Shown piece by piece: positions 38,501-53,500 of a DNA stretch of 64,000 nucleotides. The stretch comes from Camelus dromedarius. Taxonomy: Eukaryota. Under the pieces are notes generated by a model that worked only from the letters and a program-made list of their open reading frames with translations, was not told the DNA's origin and ran no database searches. A program made the translations under genes and the position numbers. Within the stretch, counting starts at the first letter, position 1. Every line of letters starts with the position of its first letter. The DNA lies in the NCBI RefSeq assembly GCF_036321535.1, contig NC_087436.1:105154001-105218000 (forward strand). Reading direction: 5' to 3'.

Positions 38501-41500
38501 GGTCCCTCAAATTTGCCAGGCATGTTCCAAACTCAAGGCCTTTGTACTTGCTGTCTCCTTTGCCTCCAAATATCAACAGGGTTCACTCCCTCCTCCCTTT
38601 CCAACATCACCTTCTCAGTATGGCCTTCCCTGACCAAAAAACTGTACCCACTACCCCCAGCTTGCCCTAGATCCTCTTCCCCAATTAGTTTTTCTCACTT
38701 CTACTTATCACTATCTGACTTGTTATATATTTTAATTATTCATTTCTTTGTTGTCTGTCTCATCATGTTAGAATATAATATCTATGAAGGCAAGATTTTT
38801 AAAATCAGTTTTGTTCACTGCTATGCCATTAGCAATTAGAATAGTGTTTAAAACATAGTTAAATGGATATAATATCTATGAAGGCAAGATTTTTAAAATC
38901 AGTTTTGTTCACTGCTATGCCATTAGCAATTAGAATAGTGTTTAAAACATAGTTAAATGCTCAGTGTGTGTGATGAATGATAGTGTTGGATAATTAAGTC
39001 AAGAAAATTTTGCAGGAAACAGAAAACAGATATTTTTAAAATGAGAGAAAAAAATAAGAGGCATAGAAGATCAAATCTAATATTTGTCCAACTAGATTCT
39101 AGAACAAAAATCTAGTTTAAAAAAAGGGGAGTAAGAGGATACTATCAAAATACTAATACAACAGAATTCAGGTTAAAATGGCATTTTCTTATTATCAGCA
39201 TAATAAATGAAAAAACCCACATTTAAAACATTACTATGAAATTTCAATATATAAAGGTTAAAGAATAAAGCTTTTCAAGATGAGAAAGAAAAAACACACA
39301 AAGGGATGAAAATCAGAAGCATGAGAACTTCCATCACAACAAGGTCAGAATACAATAGAGCAATGCTTTCAAGTTCTATGAGAAGATGAATTCCCCTTCA
39401 CAACCAATGCCCAGTCAAAACCATCAATTAAGTGTAAAGGTAGGAGAAAAGACACATAAGGACACAGAAAGCTTACCCTTAACACATCTGTTTTCTAAAG
39501 GATAAACGTCCTTTCTTTACTGAAGGATGTTTTCCAGCAAACGATAAAGTGAACCAAGAAATAGAGATCCTGGAAGTCTGAATCTAACCCAAGAAAGCAG
39601 TGAAGAAAATGCCTAGACGGCGGGGCTGGCATGAGAGCTGGAACCAACGCGCAGGCTGGAGCAGGGGGACGGAGGCAAAGGAGGAGGCACCAGGGACAGG
39701 GGGAAGTCCACGGATACAATACTACCCTTGAGACAGAGAAAGAACCGAAGGATGTGGAAAAGCCAGACAATGCAAGGAAAAAAGAAAGCAAATAGTCTAG
39801 GAAAAAACATAGAGAATAACTTCTAAGAATTGATAAGTAAAAGAAATGCAGTACAATCATATAATTTAGAAATACGAAGTAGCCTAAAGAAGTAAAAAGA
39901 AACAGTTACACCATTAAAAGGATTCCCTCTGGAGAGCAGGCCTGGGGTGAGGGCGCCTGAGACAGGAGAAGGCCACTTTAATTTAGGAAACTCACTATGC
40001 TAAGGCTTGTTTTAGCTATGTAAAGGTATAATTTTGATAAAAACTTAAAAATTCATTTTAAGAAAATCATGACAATTTGCTAGGTTTCTTTATAAGTAAA
40101 AAGTAAAATAGTCTCAAATCAGTGATTGCAATATTCAAGTATTCCCAATACTTACTGAAGTAGTTCATTTGCCTTGAGTATGAAAGAACCCACTGCAGTA
40201 ATAGCATCTAAAAGGAAGCAAATAAACATAAATATCACCTGTCAAATAAGTAAAGTGGGCTTAATGCATTCTACTGAGGAATTAAATTACTACCTTCAAT
40301 CCCTGCAGCATCAAGTCCAAGAGGTTCATATTTTTGCTTCCATGAAGCCATTCCTTTCAGTTCACTCAAATGGTATAATAAAGACTCTGAGCCACTAACA
40401 AAAACAGAGCAGAAATAAATCAGTATCATCGTCATCATCACAGCAGCAGACAGCTACTAGCTTGGTTAAATATTTCTAAGTTTTCAGAAATAAAAACTGA
40501 AAGTAACTTTAATTTTCTATGAGAAATAATTATTTCTCAAAATTATTTCTCAAAACTGTAGCAGAATCATTTTGTTGTCATGACTACTGAGATGAATACA
40601 TGATCACAAGATTAAATTCTGTAAGATCAAATTATGTTTCACAGTTAGTCCTGGCACTTTTAAGGTAATCATATGGTCATCTTGTTCATCCAACAGCTGT
40701 GTATTTAACATTCAACAGATACTTAACTCCAACTTTAGGTCAGGCACTACGCTAGATACTGGGGATATAATGATGAACAAAATGAAAGGGTGCTCATGAC
40801 ACTGACAGTCTCATGGGGAAGATAGTCATAACCACACAGTCAGACAGTATATCATCCCAACTACCATAAGTGCCTTAAAGGAAACACACCAGACGCAGGT
40901 ATAACAGAACGTGATCTAATCTGGGGATTAGAGAAGGCTTCTCTGAGTAAGTGATATCCAAGCTGAGAGCTGGAGAAAGCAAGTGAAGAACAGGGTGGGA
41001 GTGTTCCAGAAGGCAAGACGGATGTACACAAGCCCTGGGCAGGAGAAAAATACGTCAAGTTTGAGAAGGCCACCAGTGTGGGTAAAGCAGAGAGGCTGGT
41101 GTGCTGCAGGCCATCCAAAGGTCTTGGTCCTAAGAAATGGGAAGGCACTGGAAGTTTTTAAATAAGAGTAACATGATCAGATCTACTATGGAGAATACAT
41201 TTGAGGGACACAATGTGGACTGGAGGAGATCAGGCCAGAGGGTACTACACTGATGGAAGGGGGATATGATGTAGTAAGGGCCAGGGGTCTCAGCATAAAG
41301 AGATTTATCAAAATTTAAGTCAAACACTGAACAGCTACCTGCAAACTACTTCACTGAGGTAGGCTTGCTAGAAACAGCATGAGACTTGAAGAGCTGGGGC
41401 AGTCCTGGCTCTGACACTAAATAACATTGGCCAGCCATATGACTATTCTGAATTTCAGTTTGTGTACAATGAGGATAATCATAACCAACATCTTGCCAAG

Positions 41501-44500
41501 GAGCTAAATGCAAAAATATATAACACGCTTTTATATAACATGTACAACGATATACAAACACTTAATTTCACTGCTCAAAAAAGGTTGTATGCCCTATTCA
41601 AGTTATACTTCATGGCTGTCTGGGTGAGAAAAAAGCCCAGACAGGACCCAGGGTAGTTGAAAAGTTGTTGAAAAGTTATTTCATAAAGCAGAATTATCAG
41701 TATTGATTCTTTAAATCCGGCACTCCAAGGTTCCCCTCAAATGCTAATGCAGCAATTTTAGCTGGAAGAGGCTCAAAAAGAGAGTGTTAGATGACCAAAA
41801 GAAGGCTGCAGAAAGAAAACAAATGCCAAGTACACATAGATGCAATATCAAAAAACTCTACATCCCCTCATACCTCTGTAAGTGACTTATAACCAACTTT
41901 TGTATACTGGAGTATGATGACTCTATAGACTGGCCAAGCTTTTTTAAGCCCTGATTAAAAGAAAAAATACATATTTAGCATACAAGTAAGATACTGTATG
42001 GCATTCTAAAAAAAATTAAGAATGTGTTCACAGCCATTTAAATACAAAGAGATTTTAACTGCACCTTTACTGTTAGCTGGTTCATTAAGAGGGTCTGAAG
42101 TTCAGCACTAGAATGAAAAAGAAAATATTTTCAGTCTTTTCTACTCAAAATCTGAATGCATCACTTAAACTGCTTAAATTTCAAAGTACAAAAAAGATTT
42201 TTTAAACAAAATAAACAAAAAGAAATAGCCCAACAAAAACTAAGACTTTGTTGCACTCACAAAGGAATGGACAGAAACAGGAAACAACAAAGTCCAGGAG
42301 CAGATCGAAGTAAATATGAGGATATAACACTAGATGCTAAAATGGTATTTCAGATCAGTAAGGAGAAGGTGTAATACTCAACAAATTACATTGGGCAATT
42401 ATCTAAACACTTAGAAATAAAGAAGTTAGTCTTCCACAGCATATAACCAAATAAATCATATCTGGAACATGCAAATGGAATAAAAATATAAATCACAAAA
42501 AACCTCTAAAAGAAGATATAGACCTCTAAACACTCTCTCTTAAGGCGAGAAAGGTCTTTTTAAGAATAGCACTAAGGCAAATATTATAAAGGAAAATACT
42601 GACTTGGCTATATAAAAATTTTATTTTTTATACATTTAAAAAGTACATAATATGTATACACATATTATACATACACACAAAATGATCACACTTACATAAA
42701 AATAAATGTTAATAAAAAAGCCTAGAAAGACATATACTACTCTTCTGTTTTTTGTGCACCAGAATGTTCTATTTTTTCTTTCACAATGAATATGAATTGT
42801 TTTTGAAATAAATTACCTTAACAAGAGAAGGAAAAGCATAAGTACCTAATATGAGTTTATTACCTTGCTTTCCCCCACAACAGCAAGTCCATGAATTCAT
42901 CTTGCACTGACGTGGTTGTGTTCTTTTCCTAGAGAAAGACAGGTAAAATCATGATATATATTGTTTAAATTGTAAGCATTTTTATTCAAAAATTACATGA
43001 ACACAACTCCCTTTCTTGCCCTTAACCTCCCCTCAAATGCATGTTTAAACTGATTATCTGAATCGCAGTTACTGAAAAACAGCCAGTTAGCTCTTCCAAC
43101 ACCTGTCAATTCCCCAAGCCCTAACAGCTCCATCTCACAATCCTAGAAGAGAGCCCTCTCTCCCTCTGAGATGATAGTTTGAGGTCAGAGCAAGCCATCT
43201 GAAAGAAATCATGGTCTGAGCCTTTTACATCTCAGACCAATTTTCCTTATGTACATCATGTGGTAAATAAGGACGTTATGCAGTCTTTAACTCCTTCCGC
43301 AGGAAACTTCAGTTACGTTACCTGCACAAACTTGGTGAGACGAGAATCCATCTGCATCAGTATTTCTTCCCAGGCTTCACACATACATGTCAGTGACAAA
43401 TTTATATACTATTAACAAGAAGAAAAAGATATTAAAGTGGCAAAAATATTTAAATCAATATGCTAACTAAATAATACAGGCTTCCTACTGTCAACCGTCT
43501 CAAAGAAATCCAGAATTTACTTTCCATCACTTTTAACTCAGTTAAGCCTTAGAAAGAGAAGACCATAGCTAACACTTGAACTATCAAACATTCTTAAAGT
43601 TTTTATCCTACAAAACAGGTATTTTCTACTTTTTACATATAAGACGTATTTTATTTACATTAACTGTCAAAATGCTGGTTTGCTCAACCATTCAGTTTTC
43701 AAACAGTATCCTTTTAAAAAGATACTGATCTCCAGAAATCTTTGACATGAAGTACATAAGCGACTGTGGGTGGTCGCCTGAAAGAAGGCCCCAGTTCTTT
43801 GTAGCTCCTCTATCCAGACAAGGAGTCAATTTCTCCAGTCCTTCGATCTGAACTGGCCTCATGCCTTGGTATGACCAAAGCTGCAGAAATGACACTGAGC
43901 CCAAAGCTTCAAAAGGCTGTACACGCTTCCACCTGCACTCCTGACACCCCTGCCACCATCACCACTCCATGAACAAGCCTGGTCCAGCCTGCTGGGTATG
44001 AGGAATGTGAAGCCCAAAGCCACTACAGCTAAGGGACACTTGGACCAGCCAGCTGGCCACCCATGCACGACCAAGCCCAGAGCAGCTGAATCTCAGCAGA
44101 ACAACAAAAACTTCCAGCTGAGCTCAGCTCAAACTGTCAACTGACTAACCTACAGAATCATGAGCTTATCTAGGGTGCGTTTATTACATACAAAAGGTAA
44201 TTGATATGATGACTGTTTTCCATAATACTTTATTTGCAATAAAACTTTTAAAATTCCAAAATGTTATTTTATTTATGAGAATGTTTAAGAGTTTAAACTA
44301 TTTTTTCTTTTTCTTTTTTTTTTTTTGGAGAAATAGAGATGGGTGGGAGTAGATTTTCAATTAAATTTCTTTTTCTTGCTCTAATGGACATTATAAAATT
44401 ATTTACCAGACTAGACACCTCTACCACATATAGTTGGCTTTAAAAGGTAAGATTTTCAAGTTTTTATTTACAGAACATTAGAAACTTATAGCAAACATTC

Positions 44501-47500
44501 ACATAAAATAAGCTAGAAATAAATACCTGTAAAAGAGCTGAAATGTGAGTAAACTTTCTGGCCATTCTAGTTACTTCAGGTAAGAAAGAGTACAACAGAT
44601 TGGTTTCAAGCTGTAAAATCAAAATAATAAAGTGAGTCACAAGCAGACATGATTACTTCTTTTAAAGATAAATTAAGTCCCTCTCAGATCAAAAAAAAAG
44701 AAGTCCTATAATTTAGAAGAGTCAAGGTCTAACTATATATCAGAAAGACTGTCAGAATTCTGATCCTTTTGAGCATAACAGTTTGGAGACTAACAAAATA
44801 CAACCTGAGGATTTTCTAATCTGCAGTGTTTAACTGTGCACATATCACTTTCTCTAGGTTAGCAATCCTCTCTACATAGTTAGAATAAATGTAATAACCT
44901 ATTTTGCAACACTACTATGAGGAATTATCTGTAAGAAACTTTAAAGGAATTATAGGCTACTGATAAATACAAGTTAAGTATCTAATACAAAGTGTATTAT
45001 CTCAACAAAACTGTCATTAAAAGCATCTATTACAAATTTAAAAGAAATAGTGAATTGCTTTATTACAGCACCAAATGCAATCCTGGAAATCATATTTTCA
45101 CAGAACCTTAAGATAAAGAGCTAATATGAACAACTGTCCAGCAAATATCAAAAAGTGAAAGGTTGTCTAACATTCTGAATACAGCAAACGTTGGAAGGCA
45201 TCACACGCATCTTGCGTCTTTTGTCCTACTTTTGTTTAAGAGTTCATGCACACTTAGGCTAAGTGGCTGGGTTATTTAAGAACAGTTTCCAAACAGTTTC
45301 CACAATCTATAACACAAATAGCACACAATAAGAAAGGTTTTCCCAACATTAAGTAATCATCTTACCCAAGAGACAATGTGTTAGTTAAGAGCACCACTAT
45401 GGAGCCAGACTGCCCAGCATCACTTTCCAACTCTGTGACACCAACCATATTACAGTTTCTCTGTGCACCCATTTACTCATCTATGACACGGAGATAATAA
45501 CAGTACCTACCTATTGGGTTACTGTGAAGATTCAAATGAATTATTCTAAATCACTCAGTATGTGGCACGTATAAAATGATTAATATTAGCTTTTTTTTCT
45601 TTTTATTTGGGTCAGAGTCCTAAAAACACACTTGGTACAAAGATGAACTGGTACAGCAACGAAGTAATATGGTCATTAACAGACCATCAAAACATTGTTT
45701 TGGGGAAAATTATGCTGGATCACTGGAATAGTACGGTGTTTACTACAATAAGATTCTATATATAAGAAGCTCCAAGTCGATTTTCTTGCTCTTTTGTTTT
45801 AATGACCATTAGAATCCAATGATATGGATAATTAAAAACTATTAAACCTTTAAAAATATACATCTACTCTCTGCTGCTGTCAGGTTCCTATACTCACCTG
45901 AAAGTAGGAAACTTCTGAAGCACCACCAGCAGACACCTCTGTGACCACTGACAATGATTTCAAGTCACTTGACAGACATAATGCAAGACAAGTACCAACA
46001 ATCTGTAAAACAGTCAAGTCCCCAGTACATTTAGTATTATTGCTAGACCGCACCTGCTTACAATACAGGAAGTAAGAATTCAGAGCTCTAAAAAGTAGAA
46101 ACACACACGCCTGGCTCCTGCCACGTATGTGTAGCAGATGAAGGCATGTGTCCACTCATCACAAGGACACCCCCCGCAAATGGGGCTCAAGTCAAATGCT
46201 GGATAACCAACACATTCCACATAGTCTACAGTATTTTCTACCCCTTTAGGGAATGGTAAGAATAAGAATAAAAAGCCATGGAGAAGGCCACAACTGAGCA
46301 TCAGATGGCTTCCGATGACTTTCATCACATTCCAATCACAAATTGTACCTCTTAAACACTACAAGGCCAGAAAAACATTAAATCATAATCAAGTGTATCA
46401 TATCAATCTTTTTGTTAGGGAAAAAACGTGCCTAATTCCACTAAGAGCCCCTGAATTTCATGGACATCATATCACTATTTTATCTTAGTAAGAAAATTAT
46501 ACTTTTAATATTTAAGAATAATTTCAATAACTGAAATTTTTTAAAAAGTAAAGTCTTATCCTTTTCCCATAAATCAGTCAGCTGCTATATTCTAACAGAA
46601 AAAATAGAAAATTTTAAAGAAAAACTTACCCCTGTGACTCGAGCAATTTTGAACATTCCATAAGCATAAAGCTCAATAAATCCAGCGCTTCCTCCAAGGA
46701 CAAGAATATTAAGCCTAATTTAAAATAATGCACAAGGTGAAGACAACAGAGAGGACAGAGTTCTTAAACCAAGACCTGAGTTGTTCCTGCTCTCATATAC
46801 TCTGCACGCTCAAGCTCCCTTGCAGGACAACTGAATCACCAAACAAACTCACCAAGACTCAATCACACTGAGGTTATTCCTTCTTTCAAAGGAAAAACAT
46901 AAACTTTATCCAACCTAGAAAACATCAGTTTATAGTAAAATAAGAACATATTATTTTAATGATAACTGTATTTATATATTCTCAATAATAAAGCATCCCT
47001 TTTTCAGCTAATACAAAGCATCATCAGTTTTGATGCTAAATATATTAAATGGGCTTAAAGAATTTGAATATTTAAATTTAAATTTTAGAAACTCTAGGAC
47101 TTCCTTCCTCCTTTACTTATTAAAATAAAAGTACCCCATAATATTAAACCAGACACAATCAAAAACCATACAATAAAGACAAGTAAATAATAGATATTAT
47201 CTGTTTATTGTTCAGAGGTACTTGTCAGCAATGAAATAACATGACAAATAAAGAAACTGTCCTTGAAACTTTAGTCTAAAAACTGCCTCAAATATCAAGC
47301 ATCAAATTTAAGAAAATTAGACTTAATAAGATATCTGAAAGACTTACCTGACGTCTCCCAAAAGCTTAATAATTTCATCAGAATTTTCTTCACTAAAATA
47401 CAAAAATAAATTGGATTACCTTTCAACTATATATTTCAAGTAGTAAAAGATTATCTTACTTGAAAACAAAAAGGGTATTATCTTACCTAAATATTTTTGA

Positions 47501-50500
47501 GGTGTTGCTATAACTAGAGAAAAACAGAGATTAGGATAAAAAATATTCTTAACAAAAATACAGTTTTTAAAAACAGACGAGAAAACTGTTACAGTGTTAA
47601 AAGTAAAGAAAAGAAATCTGCAAGATTAATCCCAATGAAATTAAACTCTGATACTTACTTTTTTGGCAACGTAGGAAGCTTGGGTAAGAGAAGATTTGAT
47701 TCATCCTCAGCATTATAAAAAGATGTTAGAACACTAAAAAGGGGGAAACAAAACAAAACAAAAACAAGCATTATAAAAACAAAGATTTTACTTTTTTTCT
47801 ATTGGAAAATACTAATTTTTTTAAATGCTCGGTTGTATACATTTTACATTGCCAACTAAACAGATGTCACACAGTTTACCACTATAAAACAGTCACTGTA
47901 ACAAGAAATAGAAAAACTGGAAATTCTTCATTTACTTAGAACTTTATTTCTGAAAAAAGTCAGTTTACATTTAGAAAGACAAATATTTATAAATAATTTT
48001 CTTAGTATATGAAATGTATTCAAAAGTATTCAGTATCAGATACTGAGAATTTATGATTTCTTAACTCTCCTCTAAGAACTGACACTGAACATCTGAGTAC
48101 CAGGAGTAATTTTTAAAAACACCGCAATTATTATATAATTTAATGATGCATTCTATGGCTTACACATATCTGGAGATTTAACAACCCAGCAGGTACATAA
48201 GACGCCACCAGGCATTTTGAATAGTTTTATTTATTCCACTTTATTTTTCAACTCTACCTCCAAATGTGGTTGAAAATAAATGAGTGAAAAGGAGAAAAAG
48301 TGGTGTCATGAGAGACCCTGGAATCCCCATGTAACATTTCTGATTTCTCAGTCGAGAGTGTTAGAACACACTTGGAAGGCAACTGGGCAGGGATAGAAAG
48401 TCCGTGGTATACTCTGCTCCTCTAACCATCTATGAATTCACATGACCATTTGCCACCTTTGATTATTTTATGATGGATTAATCCCTGTTTTATCTATAGT
48501 GAATTCAAACCCCAGGCTAGATCCTTGTTATCCAATTCTTTATGGCCCCCAACTTAGGAAATCTGTGAATTAATAATCAGGATTTACAAATTAATTTGAT
48601 ATTTAACTTACAACTTAATTAGAATAGAAAAGCTAATGTAAAGAAAATGATCACATTTCCTCAAAAAGAAACTTTATTTTCCATATTCACTAAACCCACT
48701 GATCTTTAGGCCACCTTTACCGCAAACCTGGCAAAATATTTGACATCAAAGACTAAGGCAAAATTATCTTCATGAAACAAGGAAACTACTGGGACCACGA
48801 ACACAGAAAGAACCAGTTTAGCATCAAAACAGAATGCTCAATTCAGTACTTTTCATATTCTAAGAATATTTACCAAGACACACAAAAAAAAAAACAAAGC
48901 TCCAGATGAAATACACGCTGAAAAGAAAAACAGAACCTCAACTTGCTAATCATTAATTTTAATTAATATTACTTGAATGTATAAATCACTGCTATAAACT
49001 ACTAAAAATGACTGAAAAAAAAATCTCATCCATTCAGGCATTATTACTTCGATAAGAAAATAGATTTTCTCAGAAGAGAAAAAAGTCTAACAAAGCATTA
49101 AAAAAAGTTTCACCTTGATTAACTTAAAAACCAAAAGTTAAATGTAATGGACACACATCCAACACTCAGACACTCCTAAGCTTCCATTTTTAAAAACTGA
49201 AAATTTCACAACATGTGATTGTGACTACTGGAGTTTATTACTCTACCTGCTTTCTACAGTCACTTCCATCCAATGCATACAAGAAACTGGAGCCTCCACA
49301 GAAAAAGAGTGCAAACTTTCCGGTTTCTCCACATCACACAAAACAATTTTCTTGGTGTCGGCAAGAGCGAAGGCCAAAACTAGAACAAGAAAAAATAATT
49401 AAAACAAATTAGTGTAACATTCGAGAAAAATGGGTATTTCAATTCTCACCCAATTATACTAATGATTTGATCTCTAAATCTTCCCTTTAAATAATTAAAA
49501 AACTAAAAGATAGTTATGTCATTATTTATGCATTTTCAAAAGCTCAAACTTTCATGAGCGATCTACTACTTTCTCGTGTATTGTACTTAACATCTTACAT
49601 ACCAAACTCTCTAGACAGGAACCTTGATGTCAAGCAGAAAACACTGAACAAGTATCAACAGATAGACAATGATATGGTATCACCAAGACATAGTGATCCC
49701 CATCTAAAAGTTAAAAAGTGATTCCATCTGCTTGCTTCTTGGAAGTTTTTTATTCCTTTTTTATTTCTAACCCTCCGTGAACAGGGCCATCAAATATTGC
49801 TGGGTCTTCTTCCTTTCACTGTGGCTGAATCATCTAGTATAGTTTCTCTACATAAGTTATTAACATCTTCCAAACATATCAATTTAAGAATTTCTAAATA
49901 GAGGGCTGTGAGTTTTACTGTATACCAACACATGCAACTTTGCTAGATATGAGGCAATCTAAGTCTCCTCTTCTTCAAAACAATTTAAAGCAATCTTGAA
50001 ATAATCATTACCAAGCAAAACTCTATTTTACTGTCCAAAAACAAGACTTTTTAATGATAAAAATATCATCTGCTTAAATACATTTTCACCCACAGTGACT
50101 TTCCATGATTTTTGAGATCCCGGTGCTTTTGGATGTATAGTGCAAGATCTCAAAATATTACTTAAGAAAGTCCTCTAATTTTACACATACTATTTTTTTA
50201 AGTAAAAGACAAAACAAGAACTGAGCAAAATGAGTGTAAACAAAAAGAGTTGTCTGTAAGCGGTAGGCTTTCAGGGGATTTTTTACATACTTACATTCAT
50301 CTAGGAAAAAAGTAAGCAGTGAGAAGTACGTATCATTTTACAAAAACAATTCAGCTTTTTTTTTTTAAAGCATCAAAGATACAGATGAACTTTCAGCTGT
50401 ATGATTTACAGCACTTTCTTGTACTGACCAGATATGGACAACAGCTCAAACATCAACTGTCACTGCAGGGCAGCACGTGGAAGAGCGGAGTTCAGTCCTC

Positions 50501-53500
50501 AGAGCCACTATGTAACAAGCCACAACATACAGGGCACCAGGAGGAGACAGAGTACACTGAAGCCGAAGGAATGGGGTCAGAGCTGACAGTCCTTCCGGTG
50601 AGGGAAGCACACATGCAGAGAGAACACTCAGGAGCCACACACTTAATACTAAAACACATTTCTGGGAGAAAAGGGCCATGATGGCACTGAACGGACTAGT
50701 GAGTGGCAAATGAAGCCTGGGGCAAACAACAGGACAAGATAGGGAAAGAATGAAACCAAAGTTCCCACCAAATCTCTTTTTAGACTTATCTTTGCTAAGA
50801 AGTCAGATTTCATTTTAGAGATCCTTTTGCCAAAACAAAGAGAGTAGAATTAATCTGAGTTCTACGAAAACACTGTAAAGCCTTTGAAAAAACAAAGTTC
50901 CCAAACTGGTATTTAAAATTCTAACATCTAATAAGAACAATCAATTCTTTCTGGAAATAAGCTCTCTTTACAAAATACTCTTTCTGAAAAGCAAAAATGT
51001 ATTTTTTAACAATACTATCATTACGTTTGCCATCTGGTCTCCAAGCCAGACAGGTCACTTCCTTTCCTGTGTTTTCATTTGGTGGAAAACTCCAAACTCG
51101 ATGAAAACTTGCAAGACGATGAAGTAAAACCTAAGACAAACCAGATATAATAGCAGAGAATTAAACATCCATTTCAAAAACAAAATAAACCTAGACACTC
51201 ACTATAAAATTTTTAAAAATCATGTTGAGAACAATACTTAACTATCAGAACAAGTTAGAAGACAACAGTGTCTGAATGAACTTAACGTATTTCCAAAGAA
51301 ATGGGTGAAACAAGGTCTAATTTAACTCTGTATCCTATACATTTTATCATTTATGTCAACAAGAGACTGATCTTTTAGAAAGGAATAAGGCTGCCCAAGA
51401 AGATGACAAAAAAAGAAATAAAGGACATCAAAAAAAAAAGAAAAAGGTAGCTATATATAATCAAATAACACTAAACTTGGAATCAGCCAACTTGGGATCT
51501 AATTTCAGCTGTGTCACTTACTGGCCATAGATCTTGGACAAGTCAGAGCCATTCTAAATTTCCATTTCCACACAGGTAAATTCTCACCTTGAAGGGTCAA
51601 GATGATGCCCCAGAGCTCCTCGTGCTTCAAAACTACACTGTCCCTACTCTGTCCTCTATACAATCATTGGAAATGGAATGAAAAGGCATCAGAACTGCCT
51701 GTGCTCCTGAAGATCCCCCCCCACCCCTCCACACACACTCTGTCTCAGTTCCCCACACTCACGGCTGTAGCACTCCCTGCCTTATCTCACAGCATCCTTC
51801 ATTCCTGGTTACAGGGAAGCCAGGACTCCCAAGGAACCGCTCACCACCCAGACTCCATGCTCTTTTCTGAGCCCATCTCTGCCTTTTCCTTACTTCTGAA
51901 ACCCTTCCTCTCTGCCCTCTGGAATTCACAGTCAGGTGAAGATACAGATCCCCTGTATCTTCATTCTCTTCTCTCAAATGTGCTTCTCACTTGAGGACAC
52001 TGCTTCCCTACAGGATGCTTGTACAGTGGCCATTTTGCATACCATGTTCCCAGTACTACTACTGGGCTAGAAGAGAAAGTAGGTTTCCTCCTTGATGAGT
52101 GATGTCATTTCTGGATGTTTTTCTTCTCTTCTTTAAAATCCTCTAACTCTGAATCATATGCAGTCAGACAATACCACTTGTCATCCCTCTTAACTGCAGT
52201 CACTCATAGACCCCTCGGCCATCCCCCACCATTCCTGGGGGGTCTGGACTCCTGGCTGGCTCGCTCATGTTTCCCAACACTACTCATTGTCATTCTTGGT
52301 GATTTTAAGAGCTAAAATGTCCTGACTTTTCGGTTCTCAACTATGTCTCCTTCAATGATCACATCTTCTGCCTCACTTTGGTCACTCCCAGGGTCATGCC
52401 TGTGACCTTGTCATTACCAAAAACTCCAGATGCTCCCATAATCTTAACTTCCAAACCTCCCACTTCCCATCACCACTTGTATCTTTCCTGCTCATCCCTA
52501 CTGATACCCAACTTCAACTCTTCAACCTCATCAAAACATACAATCTATTAATTCCACCACCTATTCATTGTCCCTCACACCACACATGCCCTCACTTTCC
52601 TTCTTTATCAGGTTGGAGTCCGAAGTTCATCATTACAATCATTCCTCTTGCATATAACTTCAACTCCCTTGCATCTCTCTTGCTTTGTCACACTTTGGCA
52701 CAACAACCCCAGTTAAACCCAACCATGCCTGCCTGCACTCACACAAGTGAACAGAAGAGACACAACCATGCTCATTAGTTTCCTTTAAACTACAAAACCA
52801 CTAAACTTGTGGGGCTCTTAATACTGACCAACAATCCTATTAGGTTTCGTTAGTCCACTTGCCTTGTCATCTTCTTCATATCTCTCTTTTCTCCTCCATC
52901 CTCCCTCCTAAATAGCGCCCTTTCTTCACTGAGAAAACAGAGGCAACACGTGCCCACAATTACATCTACCCATCTGACCACACGATGCGTCAGTTCTCTC
53001 CCTTCCCTCCTACTGCTGTGGCTATGGTACCTGGACTTCTGCCTAGAGCCACCACAGAGTTCCAAAGCACCTTGGCAGTGGAGGCAGAGTAGATTTTACA
53101 GCAGGCCCTGAGAAAGCAGACATCAATACCCTGGCAACGAGGTCAGGACAGTCAACATGGCTTTGAAGGCTGCTAAGTTTCACTTGCTGCTAAGTTCTTT
53201 TACCACCTAGTTCCCAAGCTTAGCCAAGCTGGGTCACACAATGCAGCTCTCACCTGGCCAGATAACTCTCATGAAACCTGCCAAAAGGCCACAGGAGCAA
53301 AGATGCACAGGTGAAGGTTTCCTTACAAAATGGCTGTCAGGTAATTAAAAACACTCAGCAGAAAGTTAGGTACAACCGGGTTACACTTGATGGAGGGTAA
53401 TCTAATGTGAACTAGAAGTGGTAACTGACAACACTACCCACACTGCATCAGGAACCCAGTGAAGCATCACTCCTTGTTTAATTTAAAGGTGTCAACAGGA

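Larger units (their letters stand above)
36270..38990 (+). mobile_element. Long L2 LINE remnant in ANAPC4 intron 16, with nested insertions
   Basis: L2 3' motifs (tccagcctggacc, aaagtccttaca, atgaaggcaagattttt, tgaatga end). Confidence 0.7.

Noticed and set aside
38773..38959. CRISPR-like or regulatory repeat array
   Set aside because: Only two adjacent copies, no spacers, and a eukaryotic L2 context
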